A stretch of DNA of 62,967 nt, the filler included, from Octopus bimaculoides (Eukaryota): assembly GCF_001194135.2 (NCBI RefSeq). It is 4 parts of 3 records of this genome, joined end to end, with 100 filler letters (N's around TTAATTAATTAA, not from the genome) between each part and the next. Parts side by side here need not be neighbours in the genome. Positions count along the whole stretch, not along the records: positions 20,378 to 41,043 come from NC_068983.1; positions 41,144 to 54,077 come from NC_069004.1; 2 more parts are not named here. One strand, written 5' to 3'. Shown here piece after piece: positions 40,895-53,038 of this stretch. Positions within the stretch are counted from its first letter, which is position 1, and each line of letters starts with the position of its first letter. Both the position numbers and the translations under genes were made by a program. The notes beneath the pieces were generated by a model. The model was not told where the DNA came from, ran no database searches, and saw nothing but the letters and a program-made list of their open reading frames with translations.

Positions 40895-41043
40895 TCTTTT
40901 TTCCTTGTTTCAGTCATTTGACTGCGGCCATGCTGGAGCACCGTCTTTAGTCGAGCAAATCGACCCCAGGACTTAATCTTTGGATGCCTAGTACTTATTC
41001 TATCAGTCTCTTTTGCCGAACCGCTAAGTTACGGGGACCTAAA
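40895..41043 (-). mobile_element. SINE family A tail, CpG-intact
   Basis: gactgcggccatgctggagcaccgtctttagtcgagcaaatcgaccccagg...ccgaaccgctaagttacgggg; cut by the linker gap. Confidence 0.85.
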
Positions 41044-41277
41044 NNNNNNNNNNNNNNNNNNNNNNNNNNNNNNNNNNNNNNNNNNNNTTAATTAATTAAN
41101 NNNNNNNNNNNNNNNNNNNNNNNNNNNNNNNNNNNNNNNNNNNAGAATCAAACAGTCCAGATCCAGAAGGAAAGAAGGTAGAATCCAAAAGTTGGTAGTG
41201 TGTGATGAGAGGAGACAGGATTAGCTGGTGCGACCACGTGAGCGTGTATTATATGTGGGAGAATATACAAATAATAA

Positions 41278-41500
41278 CAACAGACGAGGACAGGTGGTGT
41301 AAATAAGAAAAGTATATATTAGTATGACGCTCGGGAATACGGAAAGTCTTTGACGTTTCGAGCTACGCTCTTCAACAGAAAGAATACGGAGACAAGGAGA
41401 AAAACACGGAGAAAAAAAATTGAATAGTGTTCAGTCAACGGTCAATCATAATAATCGCCGATCATAACAATGGCTGACCGGAAGTTAGAAATTCTTATTT
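41278..41500 (-). mobile_element. Short repeat with degenerate hammerhead-like motif (Penelope pLTR-like); related copies at 49860-49990 and 54046-54077
   Basis: Reverse strand ctgttgaaGAGC-gta-GCTC-gaaacgtc. The 41417-41448 segment matches 54046-54077 in inverse at 31 of 32 nt. Confidence 0.55.
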
Positions 41501-42112
41501 CAGGAGATACATATATAAATGTATATGTATAATATATAAGTACATGTATATATCTCTATGCACACATAATGTTTTGTAATTATCTCTGACCAAGAAATTT
41601 GTATATAAATGGGTGAATTGCTTTAAACACAAGCATGCGCACACACACACACACACAGTTACTTGTTAATACAGTGTGTAGGTGAGGGGAGGGCTTAGGG
41701 AATGGCATGAGGACACCAAAATCATACATAATACATAATAGGGAGACAGTAGTTATAAGCTGTAATTGGGAAAAGGGTAAAAGGGTAATGGAGGGGAGGA
41801 GAAGCTTTATCCCTGGAAATACTGGGATTATTATTAATAAATTACTTTAGAAATTGTCAACATCATTATCTTTATTATCATCATTATATTCCTTGTTATC
41901 GTAATTATTATTATAATCATCATCATACCACCATCATTATTGTCTGCATCATCACCCCATCTTCTGCCTCATCAGCCCCACCCTCCTCATCTTCACCCTA
42001 ACCCCCACATTCTCATCATCATCATCATCGTCGTTGTCATCATCGTCATCAACAGCAACACTATTATTATTATTATCATTACACTCATCAACATCACCTT
42101 CATCATCCTTAG

Positions 42113-42305
42113 GGCAGGGAGCTGGCAGAATCGTTAGCAGGCTGGGCAAAATGTTTAACAGCATTTCATCTATCTTTACATTCTGAGTTCAAATTCTACC
42201 AAGGTCGACTTTCATCTTTCATCTTTTCAGAGTGCTAGAATTGATGTAATCAGCTTAGTCCCTCCCCTGAAATTGCTGGCAGTGTGCCAAAATTTGAAAC
42301 CAATA
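42113..42305 (+). mobile_element. SINE family B copy
   Basis: gagctggcagaatcgttagc (A-box-like), gagttcaaattc (B-box-like), tail into (ATC)n. Confidence 0.8.
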
Positions 42306-42489
42306 TTATCATCATCATCATTATCAACATCACTCTCATCATGAACAATGTTATCATCATCGTCCCCATCATTATTATCCTTCCCATCATCATGATAATG
42401 ATCATCATTATGTTCATTACCATCCTGATCATCATCCTCATCATCCTCATCATTATCAATAACCATATCTTCATCTCCTCAGAATAATC

Positions 42490-42800
42490 ACCGAGATTAG
42501 TGAAGGAGTTTTAAGTATCTCAGGGCCATATTCACGTAATGAGAAGCAGGTGGCTGAATCGGATGCTAGAATTGCAGATACTGGCAGAGTAATGAGGCAG
42601 TTTCAGCATTCAATCCTCAAAAGAGGAGAGGCTGGTAAAAAAAGAAGCTATCTTCAGGTCAGTTTTCATGCCGATCCTTACCAATGGTCATGGATATTGA
42701 GGAATGAGGGAAGAACACAATCATGAATACAAGCAGTTGTAAGAAACTGTTCTTCTTTCTCCATACTAGAAATTACTGGTACTTTATATATGTAAAACAC
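42490..42800 (+). mobile_element. Degenerate RTE-clade LINE fragment
   Basis: FKYLRAIF..DARIADTGRVMRQFQHSI; resembles the post-RT region of RTE/Expander elements. Confidence 0.45.
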
Positions 42801-43154
42801 AATCTTTACACCTGTGTATATATATTCTAATAATTGTTTAAAATAAATAAATAGACATAATATAATGTCTAACAGTTGAGGCATACCACCTCTGGATCCC
42901 CTCCATTTTCTTCTGACCGTATAAATTAAGGGTAAAACCATTTTTTATGCTCAGTAGTGTAATTGCACATATATATATGTGGGTACCAGGTTTAACAGAA
43001 CGGAAATAAGTCCTGGGGTCAGTTCATTTGGCTGAATATTCTTCAAAGCAGAGCTCCACCATGGCAGCAGTGTAATGGCTGAAACAAGTGAAAGATTAAA
43101 GATTAATAAATTTACTGGGGCAAATCTTTCTTGAAATTCTTCAAATTAGAATAC

Positions 43155-43708
43155 TTTTGCTATTTCTACTTTTATCTTTTACTTGCTTCTGTAACTGAAC
43201 TGTGGCTATGCTGGGGCATCACCTTGAAGGGTTTAATCAAACAAATTGACCCCAGTAGTTATTCTTTTCTAAGTCTGGTACTTATTTTATCAGGTACTTT
43301 TGCTCAACTGCAATGTTACAGGGTTGTAAACAAACCAATACTGTTTGTCAAGCAGAAGGGGGTGACAAACATAAACACACATGCACACACACACCACATA
43401 TCCACACGTACATACATACACATATTTGATTGGTTAGGAAAGGCATCCAACTGTAGAAACCTAGTGAAATCAGGCTGGAACCTGGTGCAGCTCTCCTGCT
43501 TGCCAGCCCTGGTCAAACCGTTCAACCCATGCCAGCATGGACAACAGACGTTAAAGGATAAAGATGAACGATTGTTTCACCCAGTTTCCATCTACAAAAT
43601 TCACTCACAAAGCATTGGTCAGCTTGAAGCTATTGTTGAAGATACTTGCCTAAGGTACAATGCAACAGGACAGAACCTGACAGCATGCAAAGTGAGCTTC
43701 TCAAGCAC
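43155..43708 (-). mobile_element. SINE family A split by a + strand RTE 3' end (about 43415-43570)
   Basis: SINE body at 43155-43410 and head at 43573-43708 flank ggttaggaaaggcatccaactgtagaaac...cccatgccagcatggacaacagacgttaaa, the reverse complement of the RTE tail. Confidence 0.7.
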
Positions 43709-43709
43709 A

Positions 43710-44360
43710 CAGTCACGCCTGTACCATTCGAAGCTTCTATGCTCCACTGGATGTGTGATGTCAATGTGCATGTCTGACAGAGCACTGGTGTATTGAGAGG
43801 GGAGTTGGGCATAAGAGGAAATATATGCAAGAGAGGAAGCTGCACTGGTTTGGTCATGTGATGTGGATGGATGACGAGAGTTGCATAAAGAAGAGCTGAT
43901 CACTTAAAGAGGAGGGAAGTTGTGAAAGAAGAAGACCCAGGAAGACATGGGACGAAGTACTGAAGGCTAATCACAAAATGCTGAACCTTATGAAGGAGAT
44001 GACGGAGGACTGAGATACCTGGTGCATTGCTGTATTCAAGAAGACCACCACAACAGAATTGAGATCCAAAGACCAAGGTGCCATGTAAAAAGAATTAGTG
44101 TGGATGCTGATGCCACATAAAAACGCAGGTGATGGTGCCACTTGAAAAGCACTGGTGATGATGCCACTCTGTAAAGTGTTTGGTGTTAAGAAGGGCATCT
44201 AGCTTTGAAAGCCATGCAGAAACAGACTATGGAACCTGGCACAGCCTTTGGCCTTGCCAGTTTCTGTCAAGCTGTACAACTCATGCTCTCATGGAAAATG
44301 GATGTTAAATGTTGTTGGTCATGATGATGATGACGATGACGACAACAATGACAATGATGT
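43710..44360 (+). mobile_element. RTE LINE 3' fragment with (ATG)n tail
   Basis: ASMLHWMCDVNVH..LHWFGHVMWMDDESCIKK..RRPRKTWDEV, then 3' UTR catggaaaatggatgttaaa and a gatgat tail. Confidence 0.75.
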
Positions 44361-47194
44361 GCCTTGAAATTATTTTAACTTGGCCATTTTGTTGAAAGCC
44401 TCTTTCTCAAAATTCTTCAGTTTAACAAAATTGATGCAGCAGATCATTCTTGGAATTCTTCAATTTAGAACATTAGATAATCAACATTTTTTTCTTTTGT
44501 CTTTCTTTGAATTTTGGTTTTACACTCATCAGCCTTATATTTAAAAAAATATGTATTTTCACTCTTTTGGTGGTCAACTTTTATATTTGTATTTTTTAAA
44601 TCCTTTGATTCCACAGTTTTGTCTGCTTTTCCTCTTGAAATTCTTTATTTTCTATTCTTTCGGAAGAAGAATTATTTTTTGCTTTTCATGAAATTCCTCA
44701 TTTTACCATTTTGCTGTTAATACTTTTTGTATTCATTTTATATAGTTTTTTTTTTTGTTTTGTTTCATTTCATAAACATGTTTCTTTCTTCCTTTCTCTT
44801 TCACATTCTTTCACTCTTTATTTCATTTCTTTTTCTTTCTGCTTCTTTATTAATCTTGCTTCTTGCCCTACTTCAGTCCCATGAGCCCCCTTTCTCTTTC
44901 TCTCATCATACGCACACACACACACACGCACACACACACATACACTCACACATATATATGTACATATANNNNNNNNNNNNNNNNNNNNNNNNNNNNNNNN
45001 NNNNNNNNNNNNNNNNNNNNNNNNNNNNNNNNNNNNNNNNNNNNNNNNNNNNNNNNNNNNNNNNNNNNNNNNNNNNNNNNNNNNNNNNNNNNNNNNNNNN
45101 NNNNNNNNNNNNNNNNNNNNNNNNNNNNNNNNNNNNNNNNNNNNNNNNNNNNNNNNNNNNNNNNNNATATTCATTTATTCTTTTATTCTTTTACTTATTC
45201 TAGTCATTTGACTGTGGTCATATTGGAGCACTGCCTTGAATGATTTTAGTTGAAACAAATCGACCCCCAAGACTTATTTGTTGAGCCTAGTACTTATTCT
45301 AGAGGTGGATATGTACGTGCGTGTGTGAGTGTGTGTGTGTGTGTAATTCACTGTCATTAAAAGTGACCAAGGGTGCCAGGACCACCAACATTGCTAGAAA
45401 TAAGAGTTATAGACTCTTTAACCACAGAAAGCACATGTTCAATTTGAACTGAGAGGGGAGACAATCTCCCCACCGCAAGCTAATTTTGTATAACGATCAA
45501 TACTCATAAGTAATGCTTAGCCCATTGCTGGTGGTGAAGCTGAATTTTCACCTGTCAGTATTATAGAAAATACCATAAGAATCAGTGGCTGATTCCGCAA
45601 AATGGTAATGTGAAAATTATAGAATAATTAAGGTAGCTAGACAGTGAATTATTTCCTTTTGGTTTTAAATTGTGTCTAGCCACCTTAATTATTTTATGCA
45701 TGTATGTATGTATATATATATGTATATATATANNNNNNNNNNATGGGGCTAAACGCAGATGTTATTCAAATCTTTATACTTCCGGCATGTTTCAAAGAAA
45801 ATGTTGGTATTATTCCAGAAGGAATAAAATGATGTAAAACAATGCAATCTTCTCACCAGGGAAAAATAAGAGAAACAAAATGCATCAATAAGACATTTCA
45901 ACCAAATATTATTACTGCATATATGATGAAGGGAACACTGGTATGTTGTTTTTTTAGAAAAACCATTAATATATATAACGTCAAAGGTAATTTATAGAAA
46001 ATTTATAGAAAGAGAAGGAGGAGGAAGAAAGAAATTAGCAGAAAATTAAAAGTGGAGAAATATAGTGCGATGTGTGTGTCTGTTCAATAACAAATTAAAA
46101 GCAGCACTAGTGATGTAAACATTATCAATCACACATAATTAATGTATACAATTTGTTTGTTCAATGGATTTGGTGTGGGATGGCACTTGAGGGCATCTCT
46201 CTTATAACGTTGGATGTTAAAGTGCCTGAAAGTCATAGACAGACAGGACAACTCATTCTGAATAGAATTTAGGAGTGATGGATACCAATATTTCACCATT
46301 TTTGTGGCTTATCAACATCACTCACTTGAATCGAACTGGGGACAAATCAAATCACCAATCTATGACTATATATAAAGAGTGTAGAAAGTATTCAATAATG
46401 TGCCAAGGCATATATAAATATACATACTGTATTTAATATTTGGGATTTGAAGTCAGATTGTTAGGAGCCAGAAGTAAATATCACAATGTATTTTGCCAAC
46501 ATTAACAATCCAACACCCTGTTATGTGCTAGTAATGATAAATATTATACTAATTACAAATTTTAGTATTAAATGAATTAAAATTATTGAAATATAAAACA
46601 ATTATATTTTTTTGCTTTTTTGCCTTTCTTTATCAGAGAAAGAAGAGCAGTATGCATGACCTTTTTGCAAGGCCCTCAACCTTTTTGTAGGATGTGTGAC
46701 CTTTTAGGAGAGCATATTTTGGGGTATCTGTTCTGCAAGTTTCATGAATTTTTTTGCAGGATGCATGGCAGTTGCATTTCCTGTCATAAATATGACCTTT
46801 TTGCAGGATACATGACTTTGCTGCAGAGCTCATCATCTTTATGCAATGCCCATCAGACTGGATGTAGAGGAAAAAGAGACAAAGAAACCACAATATATGG
46901 ATTGCTGTGGCTGGGAGCTATAATTCTAAATAACGAGTCATTTTGAGACTAGAGACTTGGTCAGAATGTTTAAAGCATCTCAGTAGCAGAATGTAATGGT
47001 GGTGCTTTTAATCTTTTTCTTAACAAGTTTCTTTTGAAATACACTGCCTTTGTTTCAATAAATTTTGCAAATAATGAAATGTTCAGTAAAATTATTTTGT
47101 CACTATCAAGCTGGTGTATTGAGCATAAATTAACCTAAAGATTTGATGGAAGGTTTTAATTTAAATTGCTTCAAAACAGAAAGTTTATATCTTC

Positions 47195-47620
47195 ACCATC
47201 ATCATGATCATCATCATTTTAGTGTCTGTTTTCCATGCTGGCATGGGTAAGATGGTTTGACTGGAACTGGCAAACCAGTGAGTTGCACCAGGCTCCAGTC
47301 TGTTTTGGAATGGTATCTACAGCTAGATGCCATTCCTAATGCCAACCTCTCCAAGGTGTGTACTGGGTGTCTATTAGGTATCACTGGCATGACTGCCTTT
47401 CATGTGTCACCAGCATGTATACCTTTTACCTGCCACCAGCATGAGTGTCTCTCATGTGTCACCAGCACAAGTGCCTTTCACATGCCACCAACACTGGTTA
47501 CATGCATGATTTCATTTAGGTTGACGTGTCTTCTCAAGTACAACAAATCACCAAAAGCCTCACTCACTTGTTGCCAAAAATCTCAATCACTTGCCGCTGA
47601 AAGTCTTGGTCACTTGTCAT
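47195..47620 (-). mobile_element. RTE LINE 3' UTR copy
   Basis: catcatcattttagtgtctgttttccatgctggcatggg...gcaccaggctcc...ctacagctagatgccattcctaatgccaac. Confidence 0.75.
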
Positions 47621-47802
47621 CTTATATAATGTAATGGTGATGGCATTAATCCTCCTGCTACCAATTTATCTTGCTGCTGTTTCAATAAATTTTGGAAATA
47701 ATGAAATATTAAGTAAAGTAATTTTGTCATTAAGCAAGGTGAGGTATTGAATATAAATTAACATAAAATTTTGGGAGAAAGTTTTAATTTAAATTGCTTT
47801 AA

Positions 47803-48019
47803 CCCTTTAGCATTTAAACCAGCTATATCCAGCTGAAATATGCCACTTGTTTTAAGTTCTAACCAGCAAGATCCAACCTATCACACCTACCCTTCAATAC
47901 CATTCTAAAAATATACATCCACATCATCATTTCAAAGCTATGAGATAATGAATGATTAATTAAAAACGACGGGAATGAGAAAGCATTACCTTTAACAGAA
48001 TAATCTGAATGCTAAATGG
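47803..48019. mobile_element. piggyBac-like MITE, copy 2, with TTAA TSD
   Basis: TTAA|CCCTTTAGCATT ... AATGCTAAATGG|TTAA. Confidence 0.8.
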
Positions 48020-48193
48020 TTAAAACAGGAAGTTTATACCATATATGGTCTTGGATGGGTTAAACCAGGTGACTAATTAAATCTACTACTGTATCTCATT
48101 TGTCACTAATAGTATAAATGATTTTTAAAAATTAATAAAAGAAAATGATAAAACAGAAAAGTGAAAGTTTTATATAAATTTTGTTTGTTTTAG

Positions 48194-48447
48194 GTTCCCT
48201 GCTGGATATCCAAGACCATTGTTGTGAAATTGGCAGCAATTATGCTAAGACAAATGGTAACTGTCACCACTTCACAGGACTTTTACAGAACATGACAGTA
48301 GAAGATGAAATGTACTGTCGAGTGATTGTAGAGATATGTTGTATGAAGGAGGTTCACTACAATCAATGTCTGAAGGGCCGTTCTGATGCTGAGGAGAAAC
48401 AAGTATGTCATGTCAATGTTAACAGTTATGGAGCTGAACAATACACA
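48194..48447 (+). CDS. FBLN1: Internal exon of a fibulin-1/2-like gene (anaphylatoxin-like modules 1-2)
   Basis: Acceptor ttgtttgttttag at 48193 and donor gtaagt at 48448; 254 nt, phase 1 to 0. Translation SLLDIQDHCCEIGSNYAKTNGNCHHFTGLLQNMTVEDEMYCRVIVEICCMKEVHYNQCLKGRSDAEEKQVCHVNVNSYGAEQYT has the fibulin cysteine pattern CC-x-G..C..C..CC..C-x-x-G..C. FBLN1 versus FBLN2 orthology is not resolved. Confidence 0.9.
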
Positions 48448-48569
48448 GTAAGTTCATTCTATTCTCTCCTTTTACAAATTCATCTCTCTCCCTTCCCTCC
48501 CCCTCTCTCTCTCTCTCTCTATGCACAGTTTCTCTTCTTTATCCTAAATCATTATGTCAGGTCTGTTGT

Positions 48570-49330
48570 GCTTACATTTTATTGAGGTCTTCACTGGGAC
48601 ATTCTACCAGTACTCCTTTTTATCATGAGTGGTTATGGCTTCTATCAGACTGTGGGTTCTTTTTTACTTTGTCCACAGGGTTTTCCTTCTGACGGATTTC
48701 ATTAATGAGTGCCCTAGCTACAACATCATGTCTCATCGGAAGTTAGTACCATGATGACGTTTTCAGACAACTGCTTATGATGTGGGTGATATCTTTGGTG
48801 TTAACTCCACAAAGTCTGCATCGGTTGTCACATTTTACTGCTTCTCCTGCATCTCCATCCCTTTAGTGCATTAGGTATTTGGTTGATATTTCCTGTTCCT
48901 GGGTTACAAACGCATACCCTTCAAAGTGGGAGGTAATAATCCGGCTATTGGTCCATGATAGACTGCTTTGATGATCAATGTTACTATCATCAGGAAGCTT
49001 TCTACCAACATATGCATGCATAGTCTTCTGCTCATATAGGCTCATCCTTTCATCTGATGATACGTTGCAGTAAAGTCATGTGACCTCCTAGGGAATGTAT
49101 TCTAGGTTATCAGACAAGGAATATTGCTCAAGGAGCTCCTTTTCAAGTCTTATGATGTTATCAGCCTCATGTGTGCAAACTTGGTCAAGGGATGCACTTC
49201 GACACTTGGTGGTTAAAAGATGTTGCTGAAGGGATATGATACGACATTCAAAAGCATTTTGGATTGATGTTAAGCCTCTGTCACCTTGTTTTCATCTTAG
49301 GTAGAGGCAGTCTACGTCACTGTTTATGTG
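48570..49330 (-). mobile_element. Old R4/Dong-clade LINE fragment inside the fibulin intron
   Basis: DVDCLYLR..GDRGL, FEGYAFVTQEQEISTKYL, CRLCG..DITHIISSC..LPMRHDVVA (CCHC knuckle region). Confidence 0.75.
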
Positions 49331-49777
49331 GAAATTATGTATGCTTGTTAGTGTGTGTGTGTGTGCATGCGTGTGTGCACATGCACATGCATGTATGTTT
49401 GTAACTATGCACAGACTGAGACCAAACTGTTTTAATTTCCAATTTTTTCTTATTTCCTAATCCTTGTCTTGGAATTTTTGACATTTGATGAAATAGACAT
49501 CAAGACTGGTAAAACTTTATAAAAGTCACTTAACTGTAACAAATATAAAAAATACTTATCTTGTTTGATTAAAGGAAATAAAGTAAAAAAATCTCTAAAC
49601 ATACATTCATGCTGTTTCCACTTTTTAGCTATGTATGTACGTATGTACGTATGTATGTATGTATGTGTGTGTGTATGTGTATGTATGTGTATATATATGT
49701 ATATATCTACGTATATATATATATACACACATATACATATATATACATATATATATGCATGTGAGTGTGTGTGCGTT

Positions 49778-49842
<65 letters not shown>

Positions 49843-50023
49843 AGAATTTACAAAAAAAAAACAGAAGACGAAGACAAATGGTGTAGACAACAAACAGATG
49901 TATTAGTTTAACGCTCGGGGAGTGAAAAAGTCTTTAACATTTCAAGTCTATGCTCTTCCACAGAAAGGAACACAGAAAGAAACAAGGAGAGAAAAAAGGA
50001 GAGAAAAAAAAGATGTATATATA

Positions 50024-51222
50024 CAGGGTGTCTCAAAACTAAGGCAATCAACTTTTTTCAATTTTGTCAAAGCAAAATATTGTTATATTTCAGGTCTGAG
50101 CATTGCAATGCAATGGTAAAGGAAACACAGTTTTGCCACTACTACATTTATTCGATATGACCTCTGTTTCAAATCACAGCCTTAATTCTAGGTGCAAATG
50201 CTTCACAGGCAGCATGCAGGTGTTCTTGCAGAATCGAAGTCCATTTCCTGTTGCAGTTTTGCCTTCAGAACATCAAGCAAAGCATGAGGAGTGCTTGAGA
50301 CCCTCATTTCCAAAATGGATCAAACACAAAAATCCAACAGGTTGAAATTGAAGCTTCTGGAGGGCCATATATCCTTGCTTATGAAGAGTGGAATGTTTTT
50401 CTGAATCTAGTGTTGTGTTTGGAGCTGTGGGATGGTGCCAAGTCTTGTTGGAGGTTCTAAGGTGTACCTTGTAAGTGCTCATTTGCCCATGGAAGCAGTT
50501 CAGCTTCCAGAATGTCACTAATGTATCGCTGGGTTTTAATTTTAACACCCAAGAGCACAAAAATGAGAGGAGATCTTCCAGTGGCTGTCACAGCCACCCA
50601 AACCATAACTGACAGTGGATTTTGCCATCAATTTACGAATCTATCCTTGACAGATCTAGATACACTCCAAAGTCAGTCATTCTGGTTGTTTACTCTCTGT
50701 TTAATGTCAAATTTCTTTTAATCAGTGAACACCAGGTAGGGCAGTATACCTTCAGCAATCTAGTGCAGGACAAGATGACTTCTCTCCTGTTTCATAGCCT
50801 TATAAACTTGTGTGAGCTCATGACGGTGGATCATCTTGTAGGGGTGGGTCCTGAGATCCGCCTTCAACACTCAGTACATTGATGTTCAGCTTATTTTTGC
50901 TGTGGCAGCCAGTTTTCTGATGAAACAGATTTTGCCGTATCTTTTCTTTGGTACTTTTGATAAGCTGAGAAGTCTGCACAGTTCTTAAAATTATTGAAGC
51001 TTTTTTGTTATAGTTGTATTACTTTTGCCTACTTTGTGGAGGGTTATGATTGTATTTCGGTCTATAGCCATTATCTAATTTATAAATCTGAATTTATTTA
51101 GTCTGGAACAAAAAGAAGACACACTAAGCTTTTATAATGATGCATAATTTCTATATCTTATCACATTTATTGATAATTATTAAAGCCCGAAACTTTGGTT
51201 GCTTTAATTTCAGGACACCTTG
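50024..51222 (-). mobile_element. Full-span decayed maT (DD37D)-like Tc1/mariner element, 1199 bp
   Basis: TA|CAGGGTGTCTCAAAACTAAGGCAATCAA versus right TIR reverse complement CAAGGTGTCCTGAAATTAAAGCAACCAA|TA (21 of 28). Transposase pieces SVMVWVAVTATGRSPLIFV, GVKIKTQRYI..LLPWA, QQDLAPSH, WPSRS..LLDF. Confidence 0.85.
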
Positions 51223-51231
51223 TATATATAA

Positions 51232-51378
51232 AACAGGCTTCTTTCAGTTGACATCAATCAAGTCCACTTGCAAGGCTTTGTGAGCCTGGGGCTGTAGGAG
51301 AGAATACTTGCCCAAGGTGCCATGCGGTGGAACTGAATTTGATACCATGTAGTTGGGAAGTAAACTTCTTCACTACAG
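51232..51378 (-). mobile_element. SINE family A head, CpG-decayed
   Basis: caggcttctttcagttg..gcaaggctttg..gaatacttgcccaaggtgccatgcggtggaactgaa. Confidence 0.7.
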
Positions 51379-51467
51379 GAAAAGGAGTGCAACAGATATC
51401 AATAATGAGTAGGGTAGAGGGGTGGCACCTAGCAGTATAGAAGTGGGTGGTAATTTTAGTTGGTAAG

Positions 51468-51682
51468 GGGACAAGCTGGCAGAATCATTAGCACATGGGG
51501 CCAAAAGCTTAGCTGCATTTCTTCTGGTTCTTTACATTCGAAGTTCAAATTCTATCAAGGTCAACTTTTAGGGTCAATAAAATAATGCTCCAGTTGAGCA
51601 CTGAGTCATTGTGATTGAATGACAGCTCACCTCACCACTCACCTCAAAATTGCTGGCCTTGTGCCAAAATTAGAAATGATAT
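51468..51682 (+). mobile_element. SINE family B copy
   Basis: aagctggcagaatcattagc..gaagttcaaattct..aaattgctggccttgtgccaaaatt. Confidence 0.7.
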
Positions 51683-52889
51683 CAGCTGATAATGAAGGGC
51701 AAGGCTTTTGGAAAGAGAATGACATGTGTTTGTAAAGAGTAGCCAAAAAGAGGTGAAGTGAAAAGAGGCAAAGAGCAGAGAAGGGGAAAGGGAGGACAGC
51801 ATCAGGTATGAATAGATCTGATTGCAATCCTTCGTTATTCAAGCATTGTGTTGGGAGAGAGCACAGAAGCAAGAGCTTCTGTTGTTAAAAGAGAGAGAGA
51901 TGACAAGTGAGAGTCAGTGTTCAAGGTTTGATGAGTTTCATGGTGCAGTGAACAGGAGGAGGGCAAGAGAGAGAAATGGAGATGGGATGTATATCATCAT
52001 CATCATCATCATCATCATTTTAGCATCCACTTTTCCATACTTGTATGGGTTGGACAGAGTTTGTTGAGGAAGATTTTCTCTGGCGAAATTCAGTTATATT
52101 TCTCCATCATTAGACATGCTTTTGTAGAACACAGAAGATTAATGACAAAGCTTGTATGATACTCATCTACACTCATTTACAATTATCATGCAAAGTCAAG
52201 ACAAGGAGACACAAATACATACTCACACACAAACACAAAATTATGATGGGCGTCTTTCAGTTTTTGTCAACTGTGTCCACTCATGAGGCTTTGGTTAACC
52301 CAGGGTTATATTAGAAGGTATTCACACAGCTGGACTGAACCTGAAACCACACAACTGAGAAGCAAACTTCTTAAAGTACACAGCCATGCCTGTACCTGGC
52401 AAAGTGAATGGCAATTTGTCCAAGGTGGGGAAAGGGTCAGGTTAATTGGAAAGCAACAAAAATAAATAAAAGACACAGGTACAAACAGTGTAATAAGCAA
52501 ACCTATATACATGCACACAAGACATACGTACTAAACACATAGACACACACACACACACACACACACAGACGCAAACGCAGATAGGGATACACACCATAGA
52601 AAAACAAAAAGGACTAAGCAGGACAGGAGGAGACACATGTGATAGAGAGTGCTGAAGAGGTCACAAAATGTGTGATGAAAGAACTTTGACAAAGAAGCTA
52701 AAATGATAATAGTAATAAAGCTGAAATGAAGAGCAAGTATATAGTGTGTGTGTTTAACTGGAAAAAAGATGACCATCCCCAAGTATAACACTGACTGGAC
52801 ATAGGAAAAGATGAGTTTCATTAAAGTCTACGCTACAGTCTCTCCATTGAAATACACTCATATCATATGTAGAATTTTCTTTGTTTCAG

Positions 52890-53022
52890 CAATGCTGTCA
52901 GTGTTGCCGTCTGGGAAGGGGTGCCGCCAAAACACAAATGAGATGTGACTTGACAGGCTATGGGAACCCTTGTGACCAAATATTTGAAGAATGCTGCAAT
53001 GCTGAAAAGACACGGAGAAAGG
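52890..53022 (+). CDS. FBLN1: Next exon of the fibulin-1/2-like gene (end of module 2 and module 3)
   Basis: Acceptor ttttctttgtttcag and donor gtatgt at 53023; 133 nt, phase 0 to 1, in frame with the previous exon. Translation QCCQCCRLGRGAAKTQMRCDLTGYGNPCDQIFEECCNAEKTRRK matches the fibulin hallmark CCxCCxLG...C...C...F..CC. Confidence 0.92.
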
Positions 53023-53038
53023 GTATGTTGTCTATATA

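Noticed and set aside
47620-47745. Signal-peptide-like MALILLLPIYLAAVS with a gtgagg donor as fibulin exon 1
   Set aside because: It ends in phase 0 whereas the next exon needs phase 1, and most of it lies in a repeat duplicated at 47052-47170.
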